Of a stretch of 64,000 nt of DNA, positions 22,016 to 37,297 are shown piece after piece. Each line of letters begins with the position of its first letter. Position 1 is the first letter of the stretch. Position numbers and translations under genes: made by a program. This stretch comes from Lingula anatina. Lineage: Eukaryota > Animalia > Brachiopoda. The stretch lies in assembly GCA_051362555.1 (NCBI GenBank), contig CM120644.1, positions 1,806,954 through 1,870,953 of the forward strand. The letters run 5' to 3'. The notes under the pieces are model-generated. The model was not told the DNA's origin and ran no database searches. It saw only the letters and a program-made list of their open reading frames with translations.

Positions 22016-25000
22016 ATGTGGAAGTCAATCGTTGAAAACCCAGGGTATAGTATTTGTCCGTCTGTCTGTCTGTCTGTCTGTCGGTTGGTTCAATTGTTTA
22101 CTTACTTAAGAATCGGTGTTTGGAGTAAACTACACATTACTCTTTTTCTCACCTTTATCCAGCGATGCCACGCCTCCAAACGAACCGTTAAAGAACAGTT
22201 ACATCCACGGGGCCAGCAGCGAGCCTCTAGTGGGACGCACGGTGTGGGAATGCCTGCAGGAAGCGGCCAGGGAAAAGCCGGACAGGGTAGCCATCAGGTT
22301 GCCGCAGTTTGGCCAGGATCTCACCTATAAAATGATATGTGGCAAAGTGGGTTTGTCCATAGCGAATAGACTGTTCCAGAACCTAGTTAGGTGGATGAGG
22401 GTTGTTAGCGGTCCCGGGGGTGGGGTGGGGGGGGGGGGGGTGAGGGGTGAAATGACAGGCGAATATGGTAATGGCGTTTTAAAATTAAACTGTGGTTATT
22501 AGAATGGATGTGAAGTTAATGTTGGACATAGATGAAAAATAAATAAAGGAAATACACCAAAAGCCCTTAAAAAGGAAAGAAAAAAACCCCTTCTCCCACC
22601 AGTATTTCGCTCCCTTTTCCTTCAAAGATGCGGGCAGCTCAATTGACGCCAACATACGATAACACTGACCATCCAGATTAGTCAGCGGTAGTTGATAAAT
22701 ACATTTTTTGCAGAAGAAAGATATGTAGATTAAGATAAATGTGGTATAAGTAGCAGATGTCTACTGTAACATTTTTCAGAGTTAATTCAATTTTTTAAAT
22801 TGCCACATTGGGGCAAGTTTGCACGCCCCGAGGGGGGAAGTCGACACATATACTAAAATCCAAAAGAACAATATAATTTTATTCATTTTTATGCATTTTA
22901 CTCGATAAACTGAGTAACAGAATCAACTGAAAACTTAAAATAAAACTGAATTTAACAACAATAACCAAACAAACACATAGTCGCTTTAACCGAAATATTA
23001 CACGATTAGTAAAATAAATCTATCTCATCTACCTCTGGTTATTTTGACAGAGGTTTAGTAATTAAATTACAATGAAAGTGTTGTTTTCTCTGATCTCCAT
23101 CAGAGTCACCGTTGTTACACACACACACACACACACACATACACGCACACACGCGCACGCACATTCACACACTCACAAACACAAACACACACAAACGCAC
23201 ACACACACAAACGCACACACACGCACACACTCACACACAAACGCACATACACGCGCACACATACACAAACACACACTCACAAACACATGTTTGCCCCGGG
23301 GAAGGACAAGCAGTGCACATGCACTGTTTATATATATTGTAGATTAAGTATTGATCTTTTTGTAAAAAAATGTTTATATATTTAAATGTCTAACGTGCAT
23401 TATATGCACTGAAAAGGTTTTTTCACTGATTATCTTGTCAAAGAAGCATGCAAACTTTGCACAGGGGCGATTATTGTTTTGGCAATATGACTTTGCGAAA
23501 TAGTTGGGTTTTAAGCCCATGTGTGCACCATCAGCAACACCTAGAATATAAATGAATATATACATGAAACAAAACCGCCAGTGGCCAGTGAACCTGATGA
23601 GATAGTATCGTACATGTATGTCAGTCATAATGAATGTATGGTCAGGCAGACGTTGTTTCTGAAGATGAGTTTTCAAGGGATACCAATTAGACATGGGGTT
23701 GCATGTCTAAGATCAGTTGTTACTCGGAATGCTACACAGAATGCTACACGGACAACACATTCCAAGGATAAGGGCTCATCCCCCATGAAACAATCGTTCT
23801 CCGTACAGCGAACCAACTCTGCGGGGACTCTCGCTGAATGCAATCAAATTAGCACGAATCCTGGAGGTTCTGGCGCTGAGAATATGAAACAGAAAACCTG
23901 ATGAAATTAGCTGTATTTAATTAGCGTAATCATAATCAATATTATATGCATTTAGAAACAAAAAAGCTGGTGATTATACCTACCGTATAGCTAAAAAAAA
24001 ACACGACTATTGGTACGCGTATGATCGATAACTGATTTAATTCTCGTAAGATTACCATCCGCCCCCTTCCTTATGAATAGGTATTACTTTATTAATACAA
24101 TGCAACCGTCGTGTAGCCGCATGTTAGAAGACAATGTTTGATTACGCACAGCAGTAGGAGGCCGCTACCCCTTCCCAGCAAGGAGTCAACACAGCAGCGC
24201 GTAACCCGGGGTTAATTAGGAGTTATTAGCTGTCCACTTATGATCGGTATTGTTCGTCTTGATTGCAGCACACTTCCTACTCACTATTGGTTCGACCGCC
24301 TCTTCTTTAAATGCTCTCTCAAACCTTTCCTCAGTCAGCCGAGAATGGAAACACGTTTATCTGCCGATAAACTACGTCGTTGATGTATTATTCGGCATCA
24401 TTCTACAGTGGGTCATAAGGCTCTATCTATCATTTTTTTCGTCTCGCATTTTACCAGATTAAGCTGACGCTCGAAAACTAAATTTAATGAATAATTTTCT
24501 CACGTGCACCGTATCCAGCTAATTTTACGACAATAACTACCACGGCACCTCCGCCATTTGCAATTGTAGACGAACCACGTGTTTCCAACTGATAGGCCAA
24601 TACAACTATACCAGACCCATTGTACGAGAAAAGACCGTTTATATTTAATGAATTAAAAAACATTTGAGGATTGCGATTTTCTATTGATATACTATCGATG
24701 GTATCCCTGTATTAAATCATCCACTGCTACCCCCTCTTTTGTAGTGTAGCATGACTCGTATCACAAGATAGCCTTAGAAATGAAGTAAGACAGGCCTACA
24801 CTCTGATAGTTTTTAGTCTATTATTAACCCTAATGTCGTTGCTTGTCATTCATTCTAGAACTCTCTGAGCCATCGCAAAATTATTTGCCAGGACATTTAA
24901 AGGCTACTTCTTAACGGATTTTTTTTTATTTGCACTGAGTCCAAAATGTTCGAGGACGTCTCTGTCGTTATCGCCGTTTCTCGGACGCAGTCCCAGACAA

Positions 25001-28000
25001 AGGATCGGAAAGTTTCTAAATAAAAGAACTTATAAATGCTGCCACTAGCCATCCTTATTGTTCCTAAGTAAAGAGAGGCGATAATGATCTTTTCTTTCTT
25101 CTAGCTTTGTCTGTCGACTAAAATGAACAAGGTTAGGCCTACAATGCAATCACCTATTATTACGACCATTAATGAGGTTCTTTGCTACACTCCCTTTCTT
25201 CATGATCGCGAAACCAGTGGGGTGCTGTGTTTTAAATATATAAAAAAGGGTCTCGCGAGGTGAAGCTATAATAATGAAATAAAAAAATCCAATGAATAGG
25301 CCTATCTAATAAACCATGAAGCACGTAGTCTAGGCCTCTTCTTTGACCGACATCACATTTTTACATTCTTTGTTTTAATAAGAGGACGAACGTGGTCTAA
25401 TTTGTCTTTTGGTGGTGTGTGATTTTGCTCGAAGTAGCGGAGTCAAGTAAATCGGTGATTTACCGTTGGTAAGAGTAGCGATCATCGCTCCTGCGTCCTA
25501 ATAGATTACTTTCTAATCACCCGTAATTAACGCAGTCAGGAATAAGCGCTCAAATAGGGGGTTTTGTATCAGGGAAAATTTTAGTATTAATCTTATGTTA
25601 TTATGTATCTGTATTATGTAATCATGTAACTCATTTTCCCAAGGCAACCAATTATGACGACCATTAATGAAGTTCTCTGCTACACTCTCTCCTCATGATC
25701 ACTTGCTCGATCGTGAAACCCTGGAGGTGTTGTATATATATTTGGGGTAGTTTACTATAGCATGCTACACTCTCCTCATGATCAGCTGCTCGATCGTGAA
25801 ATCTGGAGTGAAACCCATGGTTTATCTAACAATGGTTTAAATAAATAAAAAGGGTGTCACGGAGGTGAAGCTGCTTAACTCATAAGAATAACGAACGAAA
25901 AAATACGATGAACATTTAATAAACCACGAAGCACGTATGTTTTGACCGTTATCGCCTTTTTTACATAAGATGTCTCAACAAGAAGGCAGATGTAGTCCAA
26001 TTTGTCTTTTGTTGGTGATTCTGCTTCAGGTGGCTGAGATTAGTTGATCGGTGATGCACCGTTGGTAAGAGTAGCAATCATCACTCCTGCGTTCTAACGG
26101 ATTACTTTCCAACCCCCCATAATTAACGCAGCCAGGAATAGGCGCTGAAATAGGGGGTATTAAATCAGGAATTAATTTTTGTAATTATGTATCCGTAAAA
26201 TAAGAATCGTAACATTATCACGTATTTTTCCTGATGGAAAATATCATAATTTATGCACACTGATCGAATTATAAAGAAAATCTCCAGATGTAAACAAAGG
26301 TCAGTCAAGTATCACTCATCCCAGGCTGCAGGGCAGATATAGAGAATTGAATGAAGCGCCAGTGATCTGGCAACCCTACAAATTTGTCATAATGATTCAT
26401 GGGCAAACAATAGAAGCATGAAATTAACACCTTTTACAGTGTGAATGACGACACCCTATGAGGCTTTTGTTTCTTCCCCTGGGTTGGTATTACAAAGTAA
26501 GTATGTTGACGTAAGTGTGTTGACTTTTGCATGTTCAAAGGAACAATGGAAATGTCATTTCAAAACAAAGAGCCACATTTCCCTACTTAGGTGGCCAAAA
26601 TATTGTCAATGAAACGCAAAAAAAGACAAAATCACCAGCTGTTACTGACTGAGTCTAACTAAAATGCAAAAAGGTACGCACAGCGACAAAGCGCTATTGT
26701 AAACAATGACCCGGCGATGAGATCAATAAGATGTATAAAATGACTATTTGTACTTTAAAACTGTACCCCTGCCCCTACTTGTATATTATTACACACACAA
26801 GGCCACCCTATACCAGAGTTACAGATTGATTTTTCATTACACAGTCTCTTGCACTGAAGAAAAATACTCATAATTAATTTGCGGCCCTAGAAGAGGGTCT
26901 TCTCTCGCTTTCTCTCAAATCAAAATAAACTAGCAAACATGAAAATTGGCAAAAATGTATTAGAATGTAAAGTGTTGCGAACCCTTTAAACAAGGTGAAT
27001 GGTAATATGCACGTTTAGACAAATTTTAATTTTAATTTCAATTAAATTTAATTTTAATTAAAATTGATATTACCAAAATTAGTAAATGTCGTTTGCGTCA
27101 TGTATCAATATTTTTGCGCATAATAGTACCTACGTTATAAACATTCAGCAAAGATATTTGGAAGGCCGCTTTTTTGTTGTTTATATCAAAGGAAAACTAT
27201 TTGATACCCATCGTATCAATCATTATACCATGATAAGAGATTAGCATACTAATTTATGTCCCCAGTAATAATAACTTTAACAATAACAACAAACCTCCCT
27301 ACTGTGCTTTCCGTTGCAAAAACAATTAGCCACGACTGTTTTATATATTAATAGATATTTATAATAATGACAATTTCAAAATCTTCAAAAGTAGCGACAG
27401 GGACACGAACTCCCGTCGAGTAGGTTGCAGACGACTCAACGACGTTAACCGTTGTTCCACCAATTCTATTGTTCACTCGTATAGATATCGACAGCTCTGT
27501 ATTGCCGCGCATGCCGAAGCTTTGCGGAAATTGCCGAAGGCTAGGAAAATTCTTCAAAATATACTTTTATTACATTTAATCAAATCCAGACTATCTCCCA
27601 CTGCCCTGAGTATGGCTAAAGGCTTTCAGTTGTCATCAGACTTTGTAATTTGGGAGAAAAAAGTGAAACAGTAACTTCTGGTGATGAATAATAGGTAATA
27701 GTGCTGCAAGGTGTTGTTTTTTATCCCTGATGTACGAGTAGCTTTTTCTACAGTTTCTATTATTCTCTTAACGTATGAAAATATGCAGGTTTTCTGATAT
27801 AATAAGACTTTGATAAAATCAAAACCAATAATACTTTTAAAGTCGAGAGTCGGGATAAATATCGGCAAGGTGGAGATATGTCCCGCCGGCGCTTCCGCAA
27901 CAGCAAGACTGAAGGACGCAAGTTACAAAGCAAAACATGTTTAGTCAAGTTAAAGACTTAATTACCGGTTTAACTTCGGCGGCAGTGCCTACTGCTGTGA

Positions 28001-29856
28001 GCAACATGCGCTGTCCATCGTAATCCCCCTATCATTAACACTGTCGGGGACGTGCGCATTAGCGCGTCTGATGTAGACAGCGTGTGCTATTAAAGTGACC
28101 GGGGACTTATTAGCTATAGTGTATTTACGTTGGAAACGAGAGGACGTTTGCTAATCTGAACACCTGATTGAATTCAGCGAGACTTGGATCCTTCTGCGTA
28201 GGACGATAGTGTGATTGGGAATGAACCCTTAGAGTAACTGATGGAATTATGTTAAGGTAACTGAACTTCGTCCAAGGTTTTGAAAAAGAGTCGCTTTACG
28301 ACCATGATAAGTATTACGCTGCCTAGCTGGTCTCTGAGTTTTAATACACAGTAGTTAATGACAGGTTTTGAAATCATAATCAGAATAACTGATACATGCA
28401 TACCTATTGTAGACGACGCGTGTCACACAGTTGTGATTATGTAATAGTCAGAGCTTAATCACTGTGTTTACCCGGCAAGAATAAAGCTAACCTGAACTGA
28501 TTGGTTTTCAGAGCACAGAACTCGCCAAAGGACTGCTGGCACTAGGTTTGAAGAAGGGAGATCTTCTCACCATTACAAGTGTTCCGGACGCTTCATATGT
28601 ATATATGGTATATGCTGCAGCACAAATTGGCGTTGTCATAAACGCGGTAATTACGTTATGTTATCTCAAATTATATGTAATTTTAGAAGCAAAAACAAAA
28701 AGCATAGAAAATTATATTCAAATGCATTTTCAAAGGAATTACAAAAGTATGACAGTTGTTTCTGTTCTCATGTTAAAGCTCCTCTGTCGATCCAATGGTT
28801 TTCCATTGAAACAAAATATAGGGAAACAATAGAGCACGCAGGTCTTTAAAACAACTAATGAAATAGAACACGTGTGTCATACATTCACCTTTCACGTTAG
28901 ATATGCCGATGTGTCCTTATGTTCCAAAATAATACACCAACGTTATACATCGATGCAACTTCATGTCTTTTCATTTTAGCCGGCGTATGCGTACCGACCA
29001 CGTTCAAAATTCCTAGACATAGCTCTTAATCAAGTATGTATTGCGACAAAATTTGTTAAAGCGTAAATTCCAATGCAAAGGTGTGTTATTTCAAAGCAAT
29101 CGATATTTTTAAGGTTTTGAATATGTTCACAAAAACTGACAATTTTTGCATTGACATGATTCTGACACTATCGTCTGAGACAGTCAAACTTGTATTTTTG
29201 TTGAGTAATGTATAAAATTCGAAAAAAAAATCGTTTGTCATAGAACCCATGGCATCGATTCCTTATTTCAGTTAAAGTCAAAAACACTGGTGATAATAGA
29301 AAATGAGGCCGGAACAAATGTCGCTGCTTTGAAGGAACTTATTCCAGACTTGGAGACATTTGGTGGAAGAAACATACAGTCTGAAAGGTAGGTAAATCTG
29401 TTGGCAGACCCCCGCCCGCCCCCCCCCCCAGCAAACACGTCACATTCGGATCACGTGGATAGCACGTTGCTACCACATTATAACGTCATAGCCACGGATT
29501 AACCACGTGTTTCCCACGTTACGTGTTTGCTGGGCCCCTCCCTCCTACAGCATCAATAAAGAATGGATACCATCCGAGATAGTATAAAACGAGGCTTAAT
29601 TTTAGACAATATGTGTCGTCCTGGAAAACCAGAAATGTGTCTGGATTTACAAATGGTAGGGCTAACTTGTCAGCTACTTCTCTCGCGGCACTAAACTTCT
29701 GATGACTATATATTATCACATTTATTTCAGGGTACCCCACCTGAAGACTGTTGTAATTCCAAACCTGTCCTGTGCAGCACACGGGTGAGTGTTGTTGTCG
29801 TGTTGTTCTGGATTGTTTTCAGTTTAGATAACGGCACTGGTAGACTGAGGAACGGG

Positions 29857-29897
<41 letters not shown>

Positions 29898-32800
29898 GGT
29901 GTGGGTGTTGGAAAAGGGACCTTACCTATATATTAACCTCTAATATCAGTCGCTCTTAAAATATAGTACGTATGTGTAATTAATCGGGTTACTGGCTGTT
30001 TAACTTCCGTCCTATTTCAGCACATATTGCGACAACTAATTTCTAACCACAAAGAGCCAATCTAATCTCTACCGACTCCCACACCCACTTTTATGGAGTG
30101 CAACTTTGTCTCAGACGGGAAGAAATATATTCACTAAAGACCTCCGCCAAGGGAAACAAGGGCAATTACTGACAGGAAGAACAGAAACGAAAATCCCTTT
30201 AGAATATTAGAAGACCCGCCTTGAGCTTCATAGATAACTTAGAACAAACCTCTAACGTTTCCGTAACTTGAAATTGCAAAGGGTTTCTCTATTGTAGAGG
30301 TGTGCTTTAAGCTCAGGGTGTTGAAGATTCGGATTCAGTTGAAAACTTCATCACTTCTTTCCCTTCTGAATTACTGCCTGTACTATTGTAATTTACATCA
30401 ATTTCCCCAAAATACCTGTATGTGACATACATGTATTTTGTCCACTAACAAACTGACAACGCCGTTGATAACATGCGGCAACCTCCTTGGCGGAGGTACA
30501 TGTACCAATGATGCGAAACCATCATTACACCCCCTATTGAGCTATTATGGTTCTAAGCGTGACATTTCCAGGTTGTCTCTTGAAGACGTCACCAAACTTG
30601 GAGAAGTGGTATCAGAAGAGGAAATACAAGCAGCACGAGACGCATTCAGCGGGGATGATCCAATTAACACGGGTCTTTCCTCAGTGAGTATATTGCCACC
30701 CTTCAACTTTTCTTTATCTGAAGGCACGTTTTTAAATAACAGTATTCCATCTTTTTTGGTCGTTCGATTAAGTTTGTTTAAAGACGCCATTAATCCATGA
30801 AGTGTTTGTTGGCAATACAATATCTTATCGCCAATTATCACCGAAAAGTTAGTGATACCTTAGATTTCACACTTACACCAGTAATGTAAAAAGGTCAAAT
30901 TGTTGGCTGTAAAGTTTACATTTGGCTTACGTACTTGGTTTTTGTCCGTACCAATATTTAAACACTAGCTCAAAACATTAATAAATGAAAACGACGCATT
31001 GGTATTCATTGAGCATGTGACCGTAACACTGATGATTGTGACGGACATTCATAGCATCAAAAGGTATAACAACGGGTATTTATTATATCAGAGAACACTG
31101 TTAGGACCGTAAATAAAATCAAAGACTTAATTTATTACCTTTAACTTTTTGTTGGTATAACAGGGTAGTACTGGTGTACCAAAATGTTCCATCAACAGTC
31201 AGTTTAAGGCCGTGAATACTACCAAGTTTACCATGCTGCGAAGTGGGAATTTTAACGAGGTAAATCTCATATATTTTTATTTATTTTTTTTTCAAATAAG
31301 AATAATTTCATCTTCATTGTTTGAGATTAGTAAGTGTTCTGCGTGGTTTATAGATTATGCCCCCTAAAAAAGGATTTTCCTAGGGCAAAGGGTGATTTCC
31401 CATTTTAACCGATGATTAATGAAACCATCCCGACATTGAAATCTAGACCAGGTTTTTTTTAAAGTTTTCTTTTTGAAATAATTTCTTAAGAGATTATTAC
31501 CGAGATAGCGCCATCTATGAAGGTCCACGTGGCCTGATGGCAAGTACAGATTCCAGAATAATTGCGATAACCACTTTTTTAAGTGATAAAATGATATTTT
31601 TTATATTTCTGTAAGTTGTTTACCATGTATTTATTGTGAAATGTGAATCTCATACGAGCAGTTATTATCCCTTAAAATACTTGTGTCGTGTTTCTCCAGC
31701 CGGTGGTATTGGGCGTGGTCAATCCAGTCCACGATGAGTTGACGGTGGACTACGTTTACTGGGTCAGTGTGGAGTATGAGAAAGACATCCAGCTGGTCAT
31801 ATTACCGTCCACACTGTGGGACGTAGATTTCCAGGGAGAGAACGAAGACGAGGGCTACCATTCGGAGGATTTGTTCAAGAGCATTCATGAGTGCAAGTAG
31901 GTTTGATAGTGCAAGGTGTTACGTTATCAGTATCTTTCTTTCATCTATATATTTTCATATTTGTATTTATTTACTCTGTGAAGATTAAAGCGTTATTTTC
32001 ATACAGTTAGGTAATGGTTACCATTATACTTGAACCTTATTGGAGGCACCTTTATTGAAAATATCACCTGTCACAAGACAATTCACCTGTCCGCTGTTGT
32101 TAAAGGATCACCAACCTCGAGGTCTATCCCACATTCATGTTCAGGGCGTTGGAACTTGACGCTGACATCGTGGAGAAATATGACATATCGTCTGCGAAAC
32201 GAGGTGCGTTTGTATGAAATTAAGTCACCAGTGCAGACGAGTATTTTACCTTGGTGTTAAAGCAAAGAGTACGAATGGCATGAAACATAAAAGAACATGA
32301 ACAGAAGCTCGCAACTTACAAGCGGTATAGAAAATTATGCTACAAGTTTCCGGTAGAATGCTGGCCATTTTTATAGGGTCTCGGTCGGGATATTGGAATT
32401 TGTGAATTCTTAAACACAATAGTCCAGAACAAACACCCAAATGTATGAGTATGTTATATGTAAGTGCATTAAACAGAAATGTTTTGCTCTTTCAGTTTAC
32501 CTCACATCCACTCTCATAACGAGGAAACTGCGGGAGGATTGTTCGAAACTATTTCCAGAAGTTGGGGTAAGTTTATCTCCTACTTGGTATTGCATTTGAA
32601 AGACAATGACCAGTTTCACAAAACTATAGAATGCTGAAACAGGCATTTAGATGGGACTTGGCACTATAGAAGACTGGGACAATAGTTTAGCATATCCGTT
32701 TTCAGGTAGGGCTGGGCACTATTGAATACTGGTACAATGTTTTAACCTATCCGTTTTCAGGTAGGGCTGGGCACTATTGAATACTGGTACAATATTTTAA

Positions 32801-35734
32801 CCTATCCGTTTTCAGGTTGGGCTGGGCACTATAGAATACTGGTACAATAGTTTAACCTGTCCGTTTTCACGTAGGGCTGGGCACTATAGAATACTGGTAC
32901 AATAGTTTAACCTGTCCGTTTTCACGTAGGTCTGGGCACTATAGAATACTGGTACAATAGTTTAACCTATCCGTTTTCAGGTAGGGCTGGGCACTATAGA
33001 ATACTGGTACAATAGTTTAACCTATCCGTTTTCAGGTAGGGCTGGGCACTATAGAATACTGGTACAATAGTTTAACCTATCCGTTTTCAGGTAGGGCTGG
33101 GCACTATAGAATACTGGTACAATAGTTTAACCTATCCGTTTTCAGGTAGGGCTGGGCACTATAGAATACTGGTACAATAGTTTAACCTATCCGTTTTCAG
33201 GTAGGGCTGAGCACTATAGAATACTGGTACAATAGTTTAACCTATCCGTTTTCAGGTAGGGCTGGGCACTATAGAATACTGGTACAATAGTTTAACCTAT
33301 CCGTTTTCAGGTAGGGCTGAGCACTATAGAATACTGGTACAATAGTTTAACCTATCCGTTTTCAGGTAGGGCTGGGCACTATAGAATACTGGTACAATAG
33401 TTTAACCTATCCGTTTTCAGGTAGGGCTGGGAACTACAGAATCCTGGTACAATTTTTTAACGTACCCGAGGGATGACAATGACGACCACAGATACCGTAG
33501 CGTAGGATTTCCAATGGCTCATACTGAGGTAAATATACAGTTCGCTCATTTCTTTTGAGCAGACATCTGGTACAGTAAAATTCACTCGGAATCATTTTTT
33601 CACATTAATCATACACTGAATAATTTATATTCTCTTGTGTTACGTTATTCTACTTCTGTTAATATTCTATTATTTTATTTCAGGTGAAAATTGTTGATAA
33701 AAACAAGAAGATCGTGCCAATTGGCGTTGAAGGGGAAATATGCGTAAGGGGATTTTCGATGTTCAGTACATATTACGGTTGTGAAGACTTGTACAGGAAA
33801 GTGATGTCCCCGTCTGGTTGGTACTACACAGGGTATGTTAAATTTGACAGCATGGAAGGAAAATGTGATAGTTGTGACAACACACTGGATGATTGGGATA
33901 GAACACACTGGATGATTTTGATAGTTGTGACAACACACTGGATGATTGTGATAGAACACACTGGATGATTGTGATAGTTATGACAACACACCAGATGATT
34001 GTGATAGTTGTGACAGCACACTGGGTGAGTGTGATAGTTGTGACAACACACTGGGAGAGTGTGATAGTTGTGACAACACAATTTGCTGATTGTGATAGTT
34101 GTGATAACACACTGGGTGAGTGTGACAGTTGAGACAACACACTGGATGGTTGTGATAGTTGCGGCTGTGAATTAGAAGAAGTGTAAGTTTTGAAAATCTT
34201 GAATGACTTTTTCATCCTTTTTATTCGCGCCACGTAAAATATCAAGTTTAACGCCTTAGGAAAACATCATGTTTATACCGCAATGTATTAATATTGTATC
34301 TCACATTATCTGAAGTGTAAAAATGATCTACATTTTAGGGACATTGGGTCTATGGACGAGTACGGGTTTACATACTTCAGTGGCAGAAAAGCCAATGTAC
34401 TTCATTTTAACCGCTGCGGTGACAACGTTTATCCTGCTGCTATAGAAGCTGCGGCAGAGAAACATCCCAAAGTTAGCCAGACACAGGTGAGAGGGAGAGA
34501 GAGAGAGAGAGGGAGGGAGGGAGGGAGGGAGATGATACATTTGAACAGAAACCCACTTCATATTTCGTATTGCAGGCTGTCGGTTTTAAGGAGCCGGGGG
34601 TGGTGGACTGCGACACAATCATCTTGTGTGTCATGTGAGTTGCCTTTATTTTATTTATATAATACTATAGTGTCACTATTTCGCCAGTACTATTAATGAA
34701 GAACATATATATTTTTGGGAGCCTAAAAGATTTATTCGTATATTCTTATTTTCCAGTTACAATGTATTCTCTTTTATCCTATAGAGCGTCATTCCAATGT
34801 CATGATGTATCACAAAGTCTTTCTCCTACATTACCTTATTTGGTAATGTAATAATTCATCAGCTCTTACACAATGTATATGATTATCCCTTTTTCCATAA
34901 CTTTCCATCATTACGTCGTTACCAAAATGTAATCATTCTCTTCTTAGGCAATGGTATGTTACTTGACCTTAGGTCGCAATTTCTATTAATACAGATTTTT
35001 CATTGTATCATCCTGAAGGAATGATAACTATACTCCCTTTTTCTTTTGTTATTATTGAACAACACATGCACTCTTTATCTCTCTTACTTACACTGTTTAA
35101 CCTCTTAACAAATTCATATTGTATCAGTAATGAAAGGTATAATGTATTCATTACGATCACAACTTTTTATCTGTACTTTTTAATCATTTTTATTTCGATA
35201 ATACTAATGGAATCTATGCACAGTGTACGACTGTATGCTGGCGTTATGTATGGTAGTGTTCGTGTGTATGTAGGAAATTAACTGCGTTGCTCTGTTTTTT
35301 CCCAGGCCCACCAAAAACCAAGATATCGCAGAGGACGAACTGCGAGCTCACTGTGAGAGGGAGGTAGGTGAAAGTCCATCGTGTTAGGTACACATACAGT
35401 ATGCAGTGCACTGTTTTCCGTTACCAGATCATTGTAATGCAGAGAGCAGTTCTGAGACTATAAGTAATGGTGGGGATTTACGAAAGATGCCAAATGACCT
35501 ATTAAAAAAATCAAAGAATAGGGCCCAGTGAGAGGAAACGGTCGCCATATGACGTCATTTAGACTACATGTATATATGGTTTGTGTTCGGGCTTTCTGCT
35601 TACTGTACTATGGATATAACATCCCTCTAATTCCCCATTTCAGCTGTTGGATCACATGTGGCCGGACCACTATGTCGTCATGGAGACGTTCCCCAGGGTG
35701 GGGATCAGGCAAAAGGTGACTATGTTTTGACCTA

Positions 35735-35775
<41 letters not shown>

Positions 35776-36003
35776 GTCATGGAGACGTTCCCCAGGGTGG
35801 GGATCAGGCAGAAGGTGAGGCCGGAGAAAGTTGTTTAAAAGTGGCTGTGAGTTTTAATTATTTGAAATAGTGAGCGTGTTTATGTGTGTCATCTCGCCTA
35901 GAGGTTTTTCCACACCTTAATGCATGAATAAAATATATGATTATTTACCCGTCATTTTTCTTGACTAACGCCCATTTGCCACCCACTTATTTTAACTGAA
36001 GAC

Positions 36004-36043
<40 letters not shown>

Positions 36044-36244
36044 GATAGCTTTTCTTAAAGAACAAAGGGGCATTGGATCTGTTTACGTAAACTGTTAAAT
36101 ATGTTTTTAAAGCTGCTTTATGTACTTCTTATCAGAGTATCAATAATTCTGTCATGTCAGGTATCCAAAGAAGAACTCCTGAAAAATGCCAAGAAAATTC
36201 TCGTGGATTCCGGTAAATTGAAGTGGAGTGAGATGAACCAGTGA
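22016..36244 (+). CDS. ACSF2-like adenylate-forming enzyme, copy 2 (18 coding exons, 607 aa)
   Basis: Exons: 22016-22044, 22163-22346, 28512-28646, 28980-29033, 29272-29387, 29731-29784, 30572-30683, 31164-31259, 31700-31896, 32106-32203, 32496-32566, 33421-33528, 33684-33832, 34339-34486, 34576-34634, 35306-35363, 35644-35715, 36161-36244. Exon lengths match copy 1, splice sites are intact, and no stops were seen. About 29 amino-acid differences from copy 1 by manual count. Confidence 0.9.
23981..28123. mobile_element. ~4.1-kb copy-2-specific insertion in intron 2, probable non-autonomous DNA transposon
   Basis: Absent from copies 1 and 3 (..ttatacgtcttacgttggaaac). Imperfect ends TACCGTATAGCTAA / TTAGCTATAGTGTA. 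Internal diverged duplication (~25160-25640 vs ~25655-26200). No transposase ORF seen. Confidence 0.55.
32651..33420 (+). repeat. 55-bp tandem repeat, 14 units, intron 11 of copy 2
   Basis: 770 bp = 14 x 55, abutting exon 12 at 33421. Confidence 0.95.
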
Positions 36245-37219
36245 AAACAGTGGCGACAAGACAGGCCTGGAATTGTCTCACATCCGGGACTTCTGACATT
36301 TGCGAGATTTCTGGCGAGACGAGATTGAAACTTTCCAGTGACCAATATCGATTTGTGCTAGTATAAACAGAAAAGAAAAAAGGGAAGTTAATTTAAGAAA
36401 TGAAAAAAACAAAATTTATCGAGATAATGTTGATGTAATTGACGTTTCTGAAGTAAATTCAAATGACAGTTTTATATGGCGAAATATCCAATGACATGAC
36501 ATCTTTCATCTTTTTCAAAATGAATTTTATAAGAATGGCAGGATCTCAAGAAAAAAACTATTAGAACATGTGGCACTTATTTTGTTAAATGAACCAAGAT
36601 GTGTACGTAAAAAATCGTAAATGAAATTCTTGCTGTGATTGTAAAGGTTTTAAATGGTCTTTAGGTTTCTGTGTTGCTGCCTTTAACGGGTTCATTATTG
36701 TGAAAGAAAATAATGTTTCAATTTCATTTTGTTGAATATTTTTTGCTCGGGTATACCGTAATCACATATTGTTATGTGTCATGGCTGCCGGGCTGTTGTC
36801 CACTCGACACAATTTATACACTGTCGCCATCTACTGTAATACTATTATACAGCATGTACTTATATACGCGTGATAATCTTCAAATCAACAGGCGGACTAA
36901 CTCTGACCCCTTTGCCACCCCAACAGTTGGAGAAAAAACAAACCTAAACAAACGGAACAATATTTTCTACACTAAGTCTACCATTTGCGAAACAATTAAT
37001 ACATGATATTATTGGAATTATTAACCAAAACCTTTCTGTAGGCCCTGTGTTATTTACAAAGTTGAAAATAAGGGTGCACATAAATAAGTCTGTTTTGTTG
37101 CATCACTGTACACTGTACACTTGATAAAGCATCTCAAACGAGATAGGATGAGCTTCTTGGGCCCAATTACCATAGAATAGGGGACTAACTTGTCAAAGGG
37201 TCAAATATGGCGACCCACT

Positions 37220-37297
<78 letters not shown>

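Noticed and set aside
32651-33420. Regular 55-bp array as a CRISPR array
   Set aside because: Units are contiguous with no unique spacers, derive from the adjacent exon, and lie in a eukaryotic intron with no cas genes.
2945-36244. Calling the gene a luciferase
   Set aside because: It shares only the ANL fold. Sequence and exon content are ACSF2-like, there is no PTS1, and nothing here indicates bioluminescence.
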